Positions 39,041-51,644 of a DNA stretch of 64,000 bases are shown piece after piece. A program made the translations under genes and the position numbers. The notes beneath the pieces were generated by a model, which saw only the letters and a program-made list of their open reading frames with translations, ran no database searches and was not told where the DNA came from. The stretch lies in assembly GCA_950097015.1 (NCBI GenBank), contig CATNEN010000007.1, positions 6,262,001 to 6,326,000 of the forward strand, written 5' to 3'. Position 1 is the first letter of the stretch. Each line of letters begins with the position of its first letter. The DNA is from Macrostomum hystrix (lineage: Eukaryota; Animalia; Platyhelminthes).

Positions 39041-39121
39041 ACAATGAGCCTTTGGTCCCAATGTCATTCAGTCCACCGTATGGTGCCTGATGTTGGCTAG
39101 CTGGATTTGTTCATGATTTAC

Positions 39122-41428
39122 TCATACAGTGGAGGTGACCTCGTCAGGCCGGTGCTGCTCTCGAATCACTCTGAACGACGCTCTCGAAGCTGGACTATCG
39201 AGAGCCGGGGCGGCTGACTGACCCGTTGACGGCAGCTGACGGCGGCTGCTGCTTCCGATAGTGCCCGTCGTTGCCGACTCCAACACGCTGACGCGAGCTC
39301 TTCGGGCCAGCAGGGAGCGCAGTTGCTCGGCCTGACGCTCGAAGCCGCTCGCCCGCTCGGCCAGCTCCTGGCAGCGCAGTCGCAGCCTCCGCAGTTGAAG
39401 ACGCAGGCCGCCGGCGGTGTCAGAGTTAACCGAGTCAGCCATGGACGATGCAGACGAAGTCAACGCAGCCGCTGAAGTTGCCGCGGCCAGCGACTCTTCA
39501 TCCAGCGAGTCGGCGTCGCTGTCCCGGATGCGGCCTGCTCGCGGACGCGCCACCAGCACATGCAGCGTCCGGTGCCGCTCAAGCATCCGCTCTACGGTCT
39601 TGGGCGAGGCGCCCAGTGCAGAGGCGCCGTTCACTTCCACCAGGAGGTCGCCGCTACGCAAGCCGCTGTCTGCGCCACCCACGGCGCCGTCCTCGGCGAC
39701 GCTGTCGACTGCGGTCAGGCGTCGAAGCCGCTCCAGTAGGCGCGGATTGGCGCGAAAGACACCGCTGCTGCGCTTGCTGCTTAAGTCTCCGTTGGCCATC
39801 CCGATGGCCGGGCGACGACCGACTGGACCTCCGTTTGTCTCAGCGTCGACATTGACAGAGTCGCCCTCGCCGTCAACTGGCAGAAACAGCTGTGCGGTGT
39901 AGCAGCGGATCCCCCACGCGTGCGCAAAGGAGCGCCTGTGCAGCCGGCGGCAGACGAGATTACACACTGACAGCAGCTCAGCCAGCGTCGGCTGCCATGC
40001 GTTGACGCTCCCCACGCTGCGGCTGCTTGAAGTTGCGCCTGGCTCCGCGTCGAGGGCGGCCTGGCATTGAAAGTCTCTCCGACTGACAGTCAGCTGCCGC
40101 TGAGCCGCCAGCTCCGCACGGGCTCGCCGAGCCATGAGTTCGTCGGGCCCGGCCGCTGGCAGCCGCGGCAGAAGACGCCTGGAGGTGCTAGACGTCAACG
40201 TTGGCGTTGTTGGTGTCAGCGCTGTAGTCGGCGTCACCATACTCGGTGTCGGCGTGGCTGGCGGCGAGGCTTCGTGCGCCGCAGTCCTCCTGACGCGTTG
40301 AGCAAAGTCACTGCGTGCACTACGCACGCTGCGCACACTGCCGCGTGCCGTCGACGACGAATCGTCGCCCACTTGGCGTCGAAATGGCGTTCCGACTCCC
40401 GCCGATGCCTCCTCAGCCTCGGCGCTTCGCTTGGCTGCTGCGATGCCCGTATAGCGAGCTGAACGAGGCGCATCACGCGCCGACATTGGAACATCGGCGC
40501 CCTCAAGTCGCTGAAGGCGGCGCGCTGCACCGCGTCGTCGTGACATCGAGTCGCCGCCGCCTAATCCTCCACCGCGCAGCCTGGCCCGCAGTTCACTCGC
40601 CGCTGCCGCCTCCGCCGGCTCCGTCGGGCGAGTCAGCAGGGTTCGCTCGTAGAGCTCCGGGTTCTCCGAACGCAGCCGCTGCAGGTCGCGGAAGCTGTCT
40701 CGCAGCCGGGCAAGGGTCTCACTGGTTCCACCGGCTCTTCGTTCCTGCTGCGGCGTCTGAGGCGCTGGCTCTACTCTTGCCACCGCCGTTGGTGTTCTCG
40801 CAGACAGCGGCGGTTGCGTTGGCGGCTGCCTCAATGCCTCGTCGGCATCATCGGCCGGTCTGCGCCGCTTGAGATGAATCGCCAAATCCTTCCGCGCCTG
40901 CTGAATAGCCAGCGGACAGTCGTCTGGGTCCAGCTGACGCAGTTCCCTGCCCTCTGCGTCGCGCTCAGTCAGTACAAACTCGGCGCGCTCAACGGCCTTC
41001 ATGCCGTAGGAGTCCAGCAGCAGCTGCAGCACCTGGCTGGCAGTGGTCCGCCGGGACACGAACAACGACTTGCAGTAGCCGCCGGGCATCAGGCAGGCGG
41101 CGTCGTGGATTTTCACCAGGCCACCGGAGCGCATGTGCATCACCAGCAGGCTCGGCTTGCCCGCGTTTCCGTTGCTAGGCAACAGCCGCGGCAACAGTCG
41201 CGCCTCGTCGGGCAGGCCGCCGCCGCCTCCAGAGTCCAGCGTGAAGTAGAACAGGCGCGGATCCCGAGTTGACATGCCGTGTCTAGCCAGCACCAGCCGC
41301 GCCAAGTCTGCGGCGGTTGTGTCCGCCTCGACTGGAAATTCCTCCGGCTGGGCGCCGCTGCTGCCGAAGCTGGACAGGACGCGAACCCGGGACGTAGCCG
41401 GCTGTGGCCGCCGCTCCGCTGTCGGCAT
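39122..41428 (-). CDS. Single-exon 768-aa protein with two Ras-association-like domains, a PDZ domain and a C-terminal coiled coil
   Basis: Long GC-rich ORF; KSLFVSRRTTASQVLQLLL..FVLTE..LRQLDPDDCPL (RA); SGLRSGDLLVEVNG..LHVLVAR (PDZ); heptad-like LRLQLRRL..LRSLL. Confidence 0.75.
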   Translation of the reverse strand: MPTAERRPQPATSRVRVLSSFGSSGAQPEEFPVEADTTAADLARLVLARHGMSTRDPRLFYFTLDSGGGGGLPDEARLLPRLLPSNGNAGKPSLLVMHMRSGGLVKIHDAACLMPGGYCKSLFVSRRTTASQVLQLLLDSYGMKAVERAEFVLTERDAEGRELRQLDPDDCPLAIQQARKDLAIHLKRRRPADDADEALRQPPTQPPLSARTPTAVARVEPAPQTPQQERRAGGTSETLARLRDSFRDLQRLRSENPELYERTLLTRPTEPAEAAAASELRARLRGGGLGGGDSMSRRRGAARRLQRLEGADVPMSARDAPRSARYTGIAAAKRSAEAEEASAGVGTPFRRQVGDDSSSTARGSVRSVRSARSDFAQRVRRTAAHEASPPATPTPSMVTPTTALTPTTPTLTSSTSRRLLPRLPAAGPDELMARRARAELAAQRQLTVSRRDFQCQAALDAEPGATSSSRSVGSVNAWQPTLAELLSVCNLVCRRLHRRSFAHAWGIRCYTAQLFLPVDGEGDSVNVDAETNGGPVGRRPAIGMANGDLSSKRSSGVFRANPRLLERLRRLTAVDSVAEDGAVGGADSGLRSGDLLVEVNGASALGASPKTVERMLERHRTLHVLVARPRAGRIRDSDADSLDEESLAAATSAAALTSSASSMADSVNSDTAGGLRLQLRRLRLRCQELAERASGFERQAEQLRSLLARRARVSVLESATTGTIGSSSRRQLPSTGQSAAPALDSPASRASFRVIREQHRPDEVTSTV

Positions 41429-42264
41429 GCTGGCTCCGGGGCTTTGCGGGCAACCTTAGTGGCAGGTTTGAAGACGCGCAGCCGGCCAGGCTGGAGTCTC
41501 CCTTCTCACTCGGGTCGGTAGGTCGGTAAGTACGCTCTCAGTTTAGTAGCAAGTTTTAGTTGACCAAAGCATTCTGGGCGACTGTCACAGGAGGGGCTGA
41601 GTTGTGTGCGCGATTATTCAATAGACATTTTTCTTGCCCCGAGTTTATTTTCTCTCTGTGTGCGTTTTCTCTTTTTTCGTTTCTCTCTTCATAGAAAAAG
41701 CCTGGCTAGCAGCACAGAGGCGTAGGGGGGGGCTGTGCAGGCATTGCCTACATGCACCGGTAACCTCTCTGCCCTCTGCCTGCACTGGCGTTTGCAGCGC
41801 GTACTTGGCAAAATCCGATCTAAAAAGATAAAATAATTTTCTATGCGGCACGCGAAAGACGAGGCTGAGTTGATTATCCTAGGAACAGAGTTTATGAGCA
41901 ACTGGCGGTCTCATTAGACTTGGGTCCTAGCAAATGGCTAAAGAGCTGTGAGCTGTCTGTTCAACTGTCTCTCGGTGGCTCGTTTTCTCGGAGCAGACAA
42001 AAGAGAAAAGAGAAAAGAGAATGAAAGGAGCTGGAATGCGTGCAAAAGATGAAATCTCAAAGCGGCTAGCAATTATTTTCATTTAAATCCGCAGGTGCGG
42101 CTGAGCTGATGACAATCTTGTAATGTAAAGCGAAAGTCCTACATCCATCGTCTGCTAGAAGTAAACACAGGTTACCCGGTCTGGGGCATGGTTGTAGTTA
42201 AATTATGATCTAAAGCCGACTAAAAGCAACCACGGCTTCCCCTACACAAACCAGAACTGACGAA

Positions 42265-43097
42265 AGAGACGGGCAAGAGACAGATCAGAGGCAGTTCAGA
42301 GACAGGTCAGAGACAGGTCAGAGACAGGTCAGAGACAGATCAGAGACAGATCAGAGACAGGTCAGAGACAGGTCAGAGACAGGTCAGAGACAGATCAGAG
42401 ACAGATCAGAGGCAGTTCAGAGACAGGTCAGAGACAGGTCATAGACAGGTCAGAGACAGATGAGAGACCGATCAGAGGCAGTTCAGAGACAGGTCAGAGA
42501 CAGGTCAGAGACAGATCAGAGACAGATCAGAGACAGGTCAGAGACAGGTCAGATACAGGTCAGAGACAGATCAGAGACAGATCAGAGACAGGTCAGAGAC
42601 AGGTCAGAGACAGGTCAGAGACAGGTCAGAGACAGATCAGAGACAGGTCAGAGACAGGTCAGAGACAGTTCAGAGACAGGTCAGAGACAGATCAGAGACA
42701 GGTCAGAGACAGGTCAGAGACAGGTCAGAGACAGATCAGAGACAGATCAGAGACAGGTCAGAGACAGGTCAGAGACAGGTCAGAGACAGATCAGAGACAG
42801 ATCAGAGGCAGTTCAGAGACAGGTCAGAGACAGGTCATAGAAAGGTCAGAGACAGATGAGAGACAGATCAGAGACAGTTCAGAGACAGGTCAGAGACAGG
42901 TCAGAGACAGATCAGAGACAGATCAGAGACAGGTCAGAGACAGGTCAGAGACAGGTCAGAGACAGATCAGAGACAGATCAGAGACAGGTCAGAGACAGGT
43001 CAGAGACAGGTCAGAGACAGATCAGAGACAGGTCAGAGACAGGTCAGAGACAGTTCAGAGACAGGTCAGAGACAGGTCAGAGACAGGTCAGAGACAG
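42265..43097. repeat. 11-bp minisatellite (GAGACAGGTCA/GAGACAGATCA), ~75 copies, intergenic
   Basis: Tandem periodicity with three variants. Confidence 0.97.
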
Positions 43098-43302
43098 TAC
43101 GAACTACCAAAGTCAAAAATGAAAAAGAATATCGGAAGCAAAACTAGACAAAATAAAATGTCAGAAAAGCAGCAGCTGATGATGCAGCCGCTAATAAATT
43201 TAAAGCAGAGAAAGCAAAGCGTGTTATCTTTATTTCTAAGCAGAACTAAACAAGAGTATCTGACGGACAATACGGCCCTGGTCACTTTTTTAAGGAGGCC
43301 TG

Positions 43303-46300
43303 CTAAACATCGTTTATCTCCATGGCGTTTTCCACAGCAGCGTCGAAGACCTCTGTGTGCCCAATCGGCTTCGAATATTGAAATCCCCAGTTGGGATAAA
43401 TGTACGCCAGTACAGGATCGATTGCCACGTTGTTAGGAAACATCTTGCCTGAATGGTAAGAAGCAGATTCGAAAGCTCCAGTTAGACTGAGCGAGGCTAA
43501 CGACTAGCTCCAATAGCCCTGAGGCAAGCTAATAACTAGCTCCAATAGCCCTGAGCCAAGCTAATAACTAGCTCCAATAGCCCTGAGCCAAGCTAATAAC
43601 TAGCTCCAATAGCCTGCAGCCAAGCTAATAACTGGCTCCAATAGCCTGCAGCCAAGCTAATAACTAGCTCCAATAGCCCTGAGCAAAGCTAATAACTAGC
43701 TCCAATAGCCCTGAGCAAAGCTAATAACTAGCTCCAATAGCCCTGAGCCAAGCTAATAACTAGCTCCAATAGCCCTGAGCAAAGCTAATAACTAGCTCCA
43801 ATAGCCCTGAGCAAAGCTAATAACTAGCTCCAATAGCCCTGAGCCAAGCTAATAACTAGCTCCAATAGCCCTGAGCCAAGCTAATAACTAGTTCCAATAG
43901 CCCTGAGCCAAGCTAATAACTAGCTCCAATAGCCTGCAGCCAAGCTAATAACTAGCTCCAATAGCCCTGAGCAAAGCTAATAACTAGCTCCAATAGCCCT
44001 GAGCAAAGCTAATAACTAGCTCCAATAGCCCTGAGCCAAGCTAATAACTAGTTCCAATAGCCCTGAGCCAAGCTAATAACTAGCTCCAATAGCCTGCAGC
44101 CAAGCTAATAACTAGCTCCAATAGCCCTGAGCAAAGCTAATAACTAGCTCCAATAGCCCTGAGCAAAGCTAATAACTAGCTCCAATAGCCCTGAGCAAAG
44201 CTAATAACTAGCTCCAATAGCCCTGAGCCAAGCTAATAACTAGTTCCAATAGCCCTGAGCCAAGCTAATAACTAGCTCCAATAGCCCTGAGCCAAGCTAA
44301 TAACTAGCTCCAATAGCCCTGAGCCAAGCTAATAACTAGCTCCAATAGCCCTGAGCAAAGCTAATAACTAGCTCCAATAGCCCTGAGCCAAGCTAATAAC
44401 TGGCTCCAATAGCCCTGAGCCAAGCTAATAACTAGCTCCAATAGCCCTGAGCCAAGCTAATAACTAGCTCCAATAGCCCTGAGCCAAGCTAATAACTAGC
44501 TCCAATAGCCTGCAGCCAAGCTAATAACTAGCTCCAATAGCCCTGAGCCAAGCTAATAACTAGCTCCAATAGCCCTGAGCCAAGCTAATAACTAGTTCCA
44601 ATAGCCCTGAGCCAAGCTAATAACTAGCTCCAATAGCCCTGAGCCAAGCTAATAACTAGCTCCAATAGCCCTGAGCCAAGCTAATAACTAGCTCCAATAG
44701 CCCTGAGCCAAGCTAATAACTAGTTCCAATAGCCCTAAGCCAAGCTAATAACTAGCTCCAATAGCCCTGAGCCAAGCTAATAACTAGCTCCAATAGCCCT
44801 GAGCTAAGCTAACAACTAGTTCTAATAGCCCTGAGCCAAGCTAATAACTAGTTCCAATAGCCTGCAGCCAAGCTAATAACTAGCTCCAATAGCCCTGAGC
44901 CAAGCTAACAACTAGTTCTAATAGCCCTGAGCCAAGCTAATAACTAGTTCCAATAGCCTGCAGCCAAGCTAATAACTAGCTCCAATAGCCCTGAGCCAAG
45001 CTAATAACTAGCTCCAATAGCCCTGAGCCAAGCTAATAACTAGCTCCAATAGCCCTGAGCCAAGCTAATAACTAGTTCCAATAGCCCTAAGCCAAGCTAA
45101 TAACTAGCTCCAATAGCCCTGAGCCAAGCTAATAACTAGTTCCAATGGCCCTGAGCCAAGCTAATAACTAGCTCCAATAGCCCTGAGCCAAGCTAATAAC
45201 TGGCTCCAATAGCCCTGAGCCAAGCTAATGACTAGCTCCAATAGCCTGCAGTCAAGCTTACTGGGCTGCTTTCCAAACAGCGGCTGGCCAACTTTCCGTT
45301 GTGGCATTTTCAGAGGCAACTGGTGCTCCCAGGTGCTCGAGGCTGGGCCTATCCGCTCGGAGCAGATGCTCAGGTTCAGGTTGTCCGGCAGGGTCTCCGA
45401 GGCCAGTAGGCGCGGCCGGGGCCGCTCAGCATCGAACTGGCGCGCCTGATTGAAGGCCTGATTTGCGGCTTCCAGGCAGAGGCGAAAACGCTGGATGGCT
45501 GCGAGTGAGGGACCGCGCAGTAACAGCACACTGAAGCGGCACCACCTGCAGGCAGTTTAGAATTAACATGCCGCATCCATACAGATCACTCGCAGAGGGA
45601 TTCGCTAAACAGTAAATCGGCGACTCACTTCAGCACTTTCTTGACTATGATGCGCCTCGTGAACACCAGCTCGCAGCTGCAACGCAGAGCCAACGCAGTG
45701 TATTTGGGACCGTTCTCCAGCATGTCCACCAGGGCCGAGCTCTGCAGCGGCAACAGCAGGGCGTCCTCCTCCACCTTTGGCACCATGATGCTGATCTTGC
45801 CTGGGTGGGGGATAGCGGAACACGCGTTCCTGACTCCTGATTCCTGACTCCTGATTCCTGACTCCTGATTCCTGACTCCTGATTCCTGACTGCCGGTTCC
45901 TGACTCCTGATTCCTGACTGCCGGTTCCTGACTCCTGATTCCTGACTCCTGATTCCTGACTCCCGATTCCTGACTCCTGATTCCTGACTCCTGATTCCTG
46001 ACTCCTGATTCCTGACTGCCGGTTCCTGACTCCTGATTCCTGACTCCCGATTCCTGACTGTCGATTCCAAAGTCCTTTTCCTGGCTCCTATTTCCAGACC
46101 CCTATATCTGAATTTAGAATTGCGTCATTTACGCCCTTAGACATACCAAACACGAGACAATTATTGTTCTTCACCGCTCCCATCGGGTGAGTTAGAATTC
46201 GTGGTACCATTTGCGGTGCGCCCTTCAACGGAAACTTATCAGTATGATTCTCTTGCGATTTGCTTCGGTCGGGTATCTCTCCTGTGTTCAGTTCAATCTC

Positions 46301-47880
46301 TTCCGCCTGAGATTTCTGAATATCATTAGTTTCCGCAGTTTTCGCAGTTTCCGTAGTTTTCGCAGTTTTCGTAGTTTTCGCAGTTTTCGCAGTTTCCGCA
46401 GTTTTCGCAGTTTCCGTAGTTTTCGCAGCTTTCGCAGTTTCCGCAATTTTCGCAGTTTTCGCAGTTTCCGTAGTTTTTGCAGTTTTCGCAGTTTCCGTAG
46501 TTTTCGCAGTTTCCGCAGTTTCCGCTATTTTCGCAGTATCCGTAGTTTTCGCAGTTTTCGCAGTTTCCGCTATTTTCGCAGTTTCCGTAGTTTTCGCAGG
46601 TTTCGCAGTTTCCGCAGTTTTCGCAGTTTTCGCAGTTTTCGCAGTTCTGGGAAAAAAAATTAAATTTGAGTGGGTGGGGGAGTAGTGCCAATTTTTTTTA
46701 TTGACTGTGTGCAGGTTGGTGTACGCCTACGGAGTGAGACCTGGTTGGTGTGTGAAGTGAGGTTGGTGGGCGGAGTGTGGTTGGGGTGTGGATTGAGCTT
46801 GGTGTGCGGAGTGAGCTTAGGTTGTGGAGTGAGATTGGTGTACGGAGTGAGATCTGGTTGGTAGTGAAGTGATTTTTGTGCGCGGAGTGAGGTTGGTGTG
46901 CGTAGTGAGGTTGGTGTGCGGATTGAGGTTGGTGTGCGGAGTGGGACGGTTGTGTGTGGAGTAAGGTCGGTTTGCGAAGCTCGATGACTGTGGGTGGCAC
47001 GCTGTGCGTTGAAGTAATTTAAATTATGAGAGTGAGGTTGTTGTGTGGACTGAGTTTTAGAATTGAGAAGTGGGGTTGCGTTTTGAGCTTGGATCTGAGC
47101 TGTTTTGCTTTTTTTAATACTGCTTCATGAATAACTCACAAATTCTGTCGTCGATTCACTCCAGCTTTGGGCGCCATTTCTGAGGAATCCTGCATGAAAT
47201 CAAATTCCAATTTCGACGGCAAAGATTCAGAATTTGATGTTGGAGTGTCCTTGATGTCTTGAGCGACACCGACGGAGGCACCGCTTACTAAATATTGTGT
47301 AGATCTGTCTGGGACCTCGAAGTCCATGTTCAAGATCGCCTCAGCCGACGGATCCCGACTGTTTGTAGCTGTTAAGATGTGGCTAGAGTTGGACTGGCCC
47401 GCCGCTGCAACCTCGTGCTCCATCATCAGCTGCTGCGTTTGCGTCGTGGCTGTCGTTTTTTTCGCATTTAAACTGCTCAGGAATTATATTTAGTGCGAAT
47501 GGCAAGCATTGATCATTAAAATGTAGTCATAAATGTATGATTTGATCTCGGATTTATCTCTGTTATTAATCTGAGGTGGTTTCCCTACAATTCAAGTACA
47601 ACAAAAGAATAGCTCATCGAAGTATATTCTCACCAGTTGGAGTGGCTGCTAAGACTTGGGGAGTCCAGACAGCTACAGCAGGCACAGTTGGGCGAAGTTG
47701 CCGCCGACGATTCGTCTGTGGGTCTGCGGGTGGCGTATGAGCTGTGCAGTTTAAGGAAGCAAAAAATAAAATTACGAAATAGCGTAAAAGCTATCTACAC
47801 ACTGGTTGTGTGTAATGGACTTACACACTGGCTGTGCTTTCAGTCGTATCACCGGGTTGCTAAATGGAAAATATTGCATC
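43303..47880 (-). CDS. Uncharacterised multi-exon gene; firm exons 46315-46147, 45800-45629, 45545-45262, 43448-43303; probable upstream exons ~47001-46731, ~47470-47140, 47741-47634, ~47880-47826
   Basis: The last four exons splice in frame via GT-AG (..NNNCLVF-G-KISIMVPKVEE..KKVL-K-WCRFSVLLLRG..KQP-S-KMFPNN..EINDV*); AATAAA at 43234-43229; upstream exon boundaries uncertain. Confidence 0.6.
43490..45260. repeat. 32-bp minisatellite (CTAGCTCCAATAGCCCTGAGCCAAGCTAATAA), ~55 copies filling one intron
   Basis: Tandem periodicity from the donor (45261) to ~40 nt before the acceptor (43449). Confidence 0.98.
45827..46060. repeat. 14-bp (2x7) minisatellite TTCCTGACTCCTGA, ~16 copies, intronic
   Basis: Tandem periodicity; ends ~25 nt from the acceptor at 45801. 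Confidence 0.95.
46328..46646. repeat. 9-bp minisatellite (CAGTTTYCG), ~35 copies, intronic
   Basis: Tandem periodicity; ends 12 nt from the acceptor at 46316. Confidence 0.95.
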
Positions 47881-49031
47881 TGTTGAATTTGGCTGTCATT
47901 TTAACTTTAAAATGAAACTTTAATTTTAACAAGTTTTTAGAAATCGAATTACCAGTGGTACTTACAAATAGCACCATCATATTCGTCTGCTGTTCTGAAT
48001 TACGCACAAGAAGACCAAAAGCGTTGCTATAATTTGAAGCTATAGTTTGTGTTTTCTTCGTGTAATCGAGATAAAAGTCACAGCTGGAAAGGCAAATGTA
48101 TCAGGGAAAAGTACAATGAAGTACATGCCTCCTATGCAAAAGCCATAGACTTCTTAATTTCAATATAGAACAAAAATTCGATGCTTTTTCGCACATTTAG
48201 CAGCATATATAAATGTGTAAAATAGAGTGGAGCCCTGAAAAGACTAGACGAAAGTAGATAGATGATTGGAGGATGTATATAGAGATAGATATCTAGTGTA
48301 GGTGTGCACACAAGCAAAAGCCTAGCTATAAAAAGTTCAAAATGAAATGAAATCAAAGCTGCAATCGTCAGAATCGGATCAACAGGCCGTCAAAGCAATA
48401 GGTTAAAGGTTTTATTTATTTAAGACTGCCACTTAGTAAAGTACATATACTAATTAGCAATTGCCTCTGTGCTGATTTCACGAAAAACGAGTTCCTAATT
48501 CCAACAACAACAACAACAACAACAAAATTAAACAACAACGAAAAACAATAATAAAAACAACAACAACAAAAACAACGATGACAAGCACAACATCAATTGT
48601 AGATTGTAGAGGCGGTCGATCACAAGTCTGTCCATGATTCTACAGCATGCAGCAAACAGAGGTTAGGCTAACGGGTCGATCTTTAAAAAATCTAAGCGAG
48701 GAAATGGGAAGCGCAGTGTTCACTCATTTTTTCTTTCCATAGGAACAGTCGCTCTATTAACATGATCGACATTCAGCTATAACGCAGCTGTTTCTTAGAA
48801 AATTTACAATTTTCCAATTTTTGACAGGCGTTTTCCGACTAATACTTAATTAAGTTTTAATTAATACGATGATTGGACCAGCCCTACGATCAGATATTTA
48901 GAAATTTAGCGAAGTATACACCGACTGACAGACCGACCGACCGCATGGCATGGCATGGCCAAGGACCACTTGGAGAAGAAGATCAGGTGGTCCTCTTCTT
49001 CTTCCAGTGGTCATTGGGCATGGCATAGTGC

Positions 49032-49655
49032 CAGTAGCGTATCCAAGGGGGGGATGGGGGGATACACCCCCCCGAAGGGCTGAAGAAAAAAAAATTAGGT
49101 AATGAATTTTTTACACTTTTGCTTATTTTATCAGTGACTGGAGTGACGGGAGCCTGCCTGCCAAGTGCCACTGCCAGTAAATGTACGAGCAGATTACAGA
49201 ATAGTGAGAATACAGATGGCATAATGAGATTTGAAAAGACCCTTGCCCTTCATTTAGAGTTAAGTTCCTCATTTCAGTTGGTTTCAGTAATTTGAATTTA
49301 AATTTTACTAAAAATTTTCTAACTTGCCATCTTGTATCAATCATATTTCTATTTTTTAATTTCTATGGCCTATTGTACTACTTGTTATTTCTGATTTACA
49401 TGTACATGTAAACGTAAAATTGTAGTGGTGAATGTCTGGTGAATACACGCTCAATAAAATAAACAATGATTGATGTTGATGTCTCATCCTTAGTAGCAAC
49501 ATTTAATTGAGTTAAACTTGGAGAGGTCCGGTCCTCATCAATTTTGTTTTATACGAGTACGATAAGGATAAAAGAAAAACGAAAATAGAGTGCAATTGTT
49601 TTCAAAAGTACTTTTGCATCCCCCCCCCCGAAACAAAATCCTGGTTACGCGCCTG
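49032..49655. mobile_element. Non-autonomous hAT-type DNA transposon (MITE), 624 bp
   Basis: Imperfect TIRs CAGTAGCGTATCCAAGG / CCTGGTTACGCGCCTG; exact 8-bp TSD CATAGTGC at 49024-49031 and 49656-49663. Confidence 0.85.
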
Positions 49656-49834
49656 CATAGTGCTCGCGTTTAAACAAAACGTAGTATAACCACAGAAAAT
49701 CCTTATAAACCTGCTGTCTATGGGATAACTTTAGTGATCAAAAGGAGAGTGAGTGAGCTGACACCGATTAAGCAAGTGTTAGTTTGTTTTTACGCCTTAA
49801 ATTTTATTGACAAAAAATTGCAAGGGCTTAAGAC

Positions 49835-50100
49835 TATAAAAAGTGTAGAACACAATTCTAAACAATAGTTAATATCAAATCTTAAGAGCATGTTACTGTA
49901 TATAGGCCTTGTCGCTTGAGGGTCATTCTTTAACATTCCAACATTCCAAAATCACCATTCCAAAACATATAAAAAGTGTAGAACACAATTCTAAACAATA
50001 GTTAATATCAAATCTTAAGAGCATGTTACTGTATATAGGCCTTGTCGCTTGAGGGTCATTCTTTAACATTCCAACATTCCAAAATCACCATTCCAAAACA
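49835..50100. repeat. 133-bp tandem duplication (49835-49967, 49968-50100)
   Basis: Two apparently identical adjacent copies. Confidence 0.92.
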
Positions 50101-51644
50101 ATCACGCATTGTTTACAAAAACTGTTTCATTGACATATATTATAAATGGAAAGCAGCCATTTATGCAACTTTTAAAGAGATATGATCTTGATCTGAAACT
50201 ATACCTTGAAGCCTACAAACAAGTAGGTTTAAAATTTAACTACCTAAGCCTTTATCAAACCAAATGTAATGATGTAATGGCTTGCTTGAAGCCTGCAAAA
50301 GAACATAGCCTAAAATTGAAAATGTTTGTTGTCAGGTAAGGTAAGCACTGCACTTTAATTTGACAATCCCATAGGACTGGCCTACCATTAAAAACGATCA
50401 TCTGAAACTGAGGCATGCCACTACACTTTGTAACCTACAGTTTGCATTTAATTATCTGGAAACCATCTGCCATGTTGCTTTATAAATTTTAACTTCAATT
50501 ATTTAGAACATTTGTTAGGCCTAAGCTGCCAGTCTTTTCTTCTACTACCATTTTGTTAAATAGACACTGTCATTTTAAAAAAATTAATTAGGCCTATTAT
50601 TATTATTATTATTATTATAGCTATTACTCAAATTAGAGCTAATTTTCTACCTAGTGCTTCTCTCTTTGATTATCACTCTAATGATATTTATCCCAATGCT
50701 GCCACCAAGGTTGTTGTAGGACTAATATAGGCCTAATATTCTAACTTTATCTTCACCTATGTCACTAAAGTTTTTACAGGGTTTTTTAACATAATTTCTA
50801 AGTAAGTACATTTAAGTATGTATATTATTAATGCCACCAAAGTGGTTGTGAGAATTGAGAAGTGGGTGGCATTTTGAGCTTAGAGCTGTTTTTTTTTTAA
50901 ATACAGCTTCATGAATAGAAACTAGTATGCTGTTATATTATGCAGTTTGCTGAATTTGCTTGCAGTTCACAAAAATATCAGTGAAGTCTCACTGATATAA
51001 TAAAAATATTTTATAATGATTTTTACAACCATGGAGGACAATTTAAAACAATTGTCAGCTAAAGCAATATACAGTAAAATAAAATCCCATATTTCTATGG
51101 TACACATTTCTTAGAAAAAGATAATGCTATTGCACTAAGATCAAACTTATTATTATTTAAGTTTTTATTGCTGTTTTGTTATAGCAACAACCCACTAGGC
51201 CTATGCTTAGCAGGACATTTAGTCTTTAGACCCTAAATAACTGAAATGTTAGGCTAAGAAATTTGTTAAAATTGGCTTAACTATTAGCTAATTAGCTAAT
51301 TGCCCAATTCAGCTTATTATAGGTCTTATGAATGCTGACCTATCATAATCATTGTTAGAATATTATGAGCTATGCTTATGTATATCATAAATTGCAATTT
51401 CAAGTCTCACTGATATAATAAACATATTTTGTATATAATTACCATGTCACTATATAATTATTTAATTATGATTATATTATGATTATTACCTATGATTATA
51501 TTTCATCATTGCTAATGAAATAATTGTCACTTCGAGATAAGCTAGGTTAGCTAGCTACCTTTCTCTCTATTATATATAGGGATACCAAGGCCCAATCTAT
51601 AAATATATTATAATCATGATCAATCAGAAAAAGATCATAGCCTA

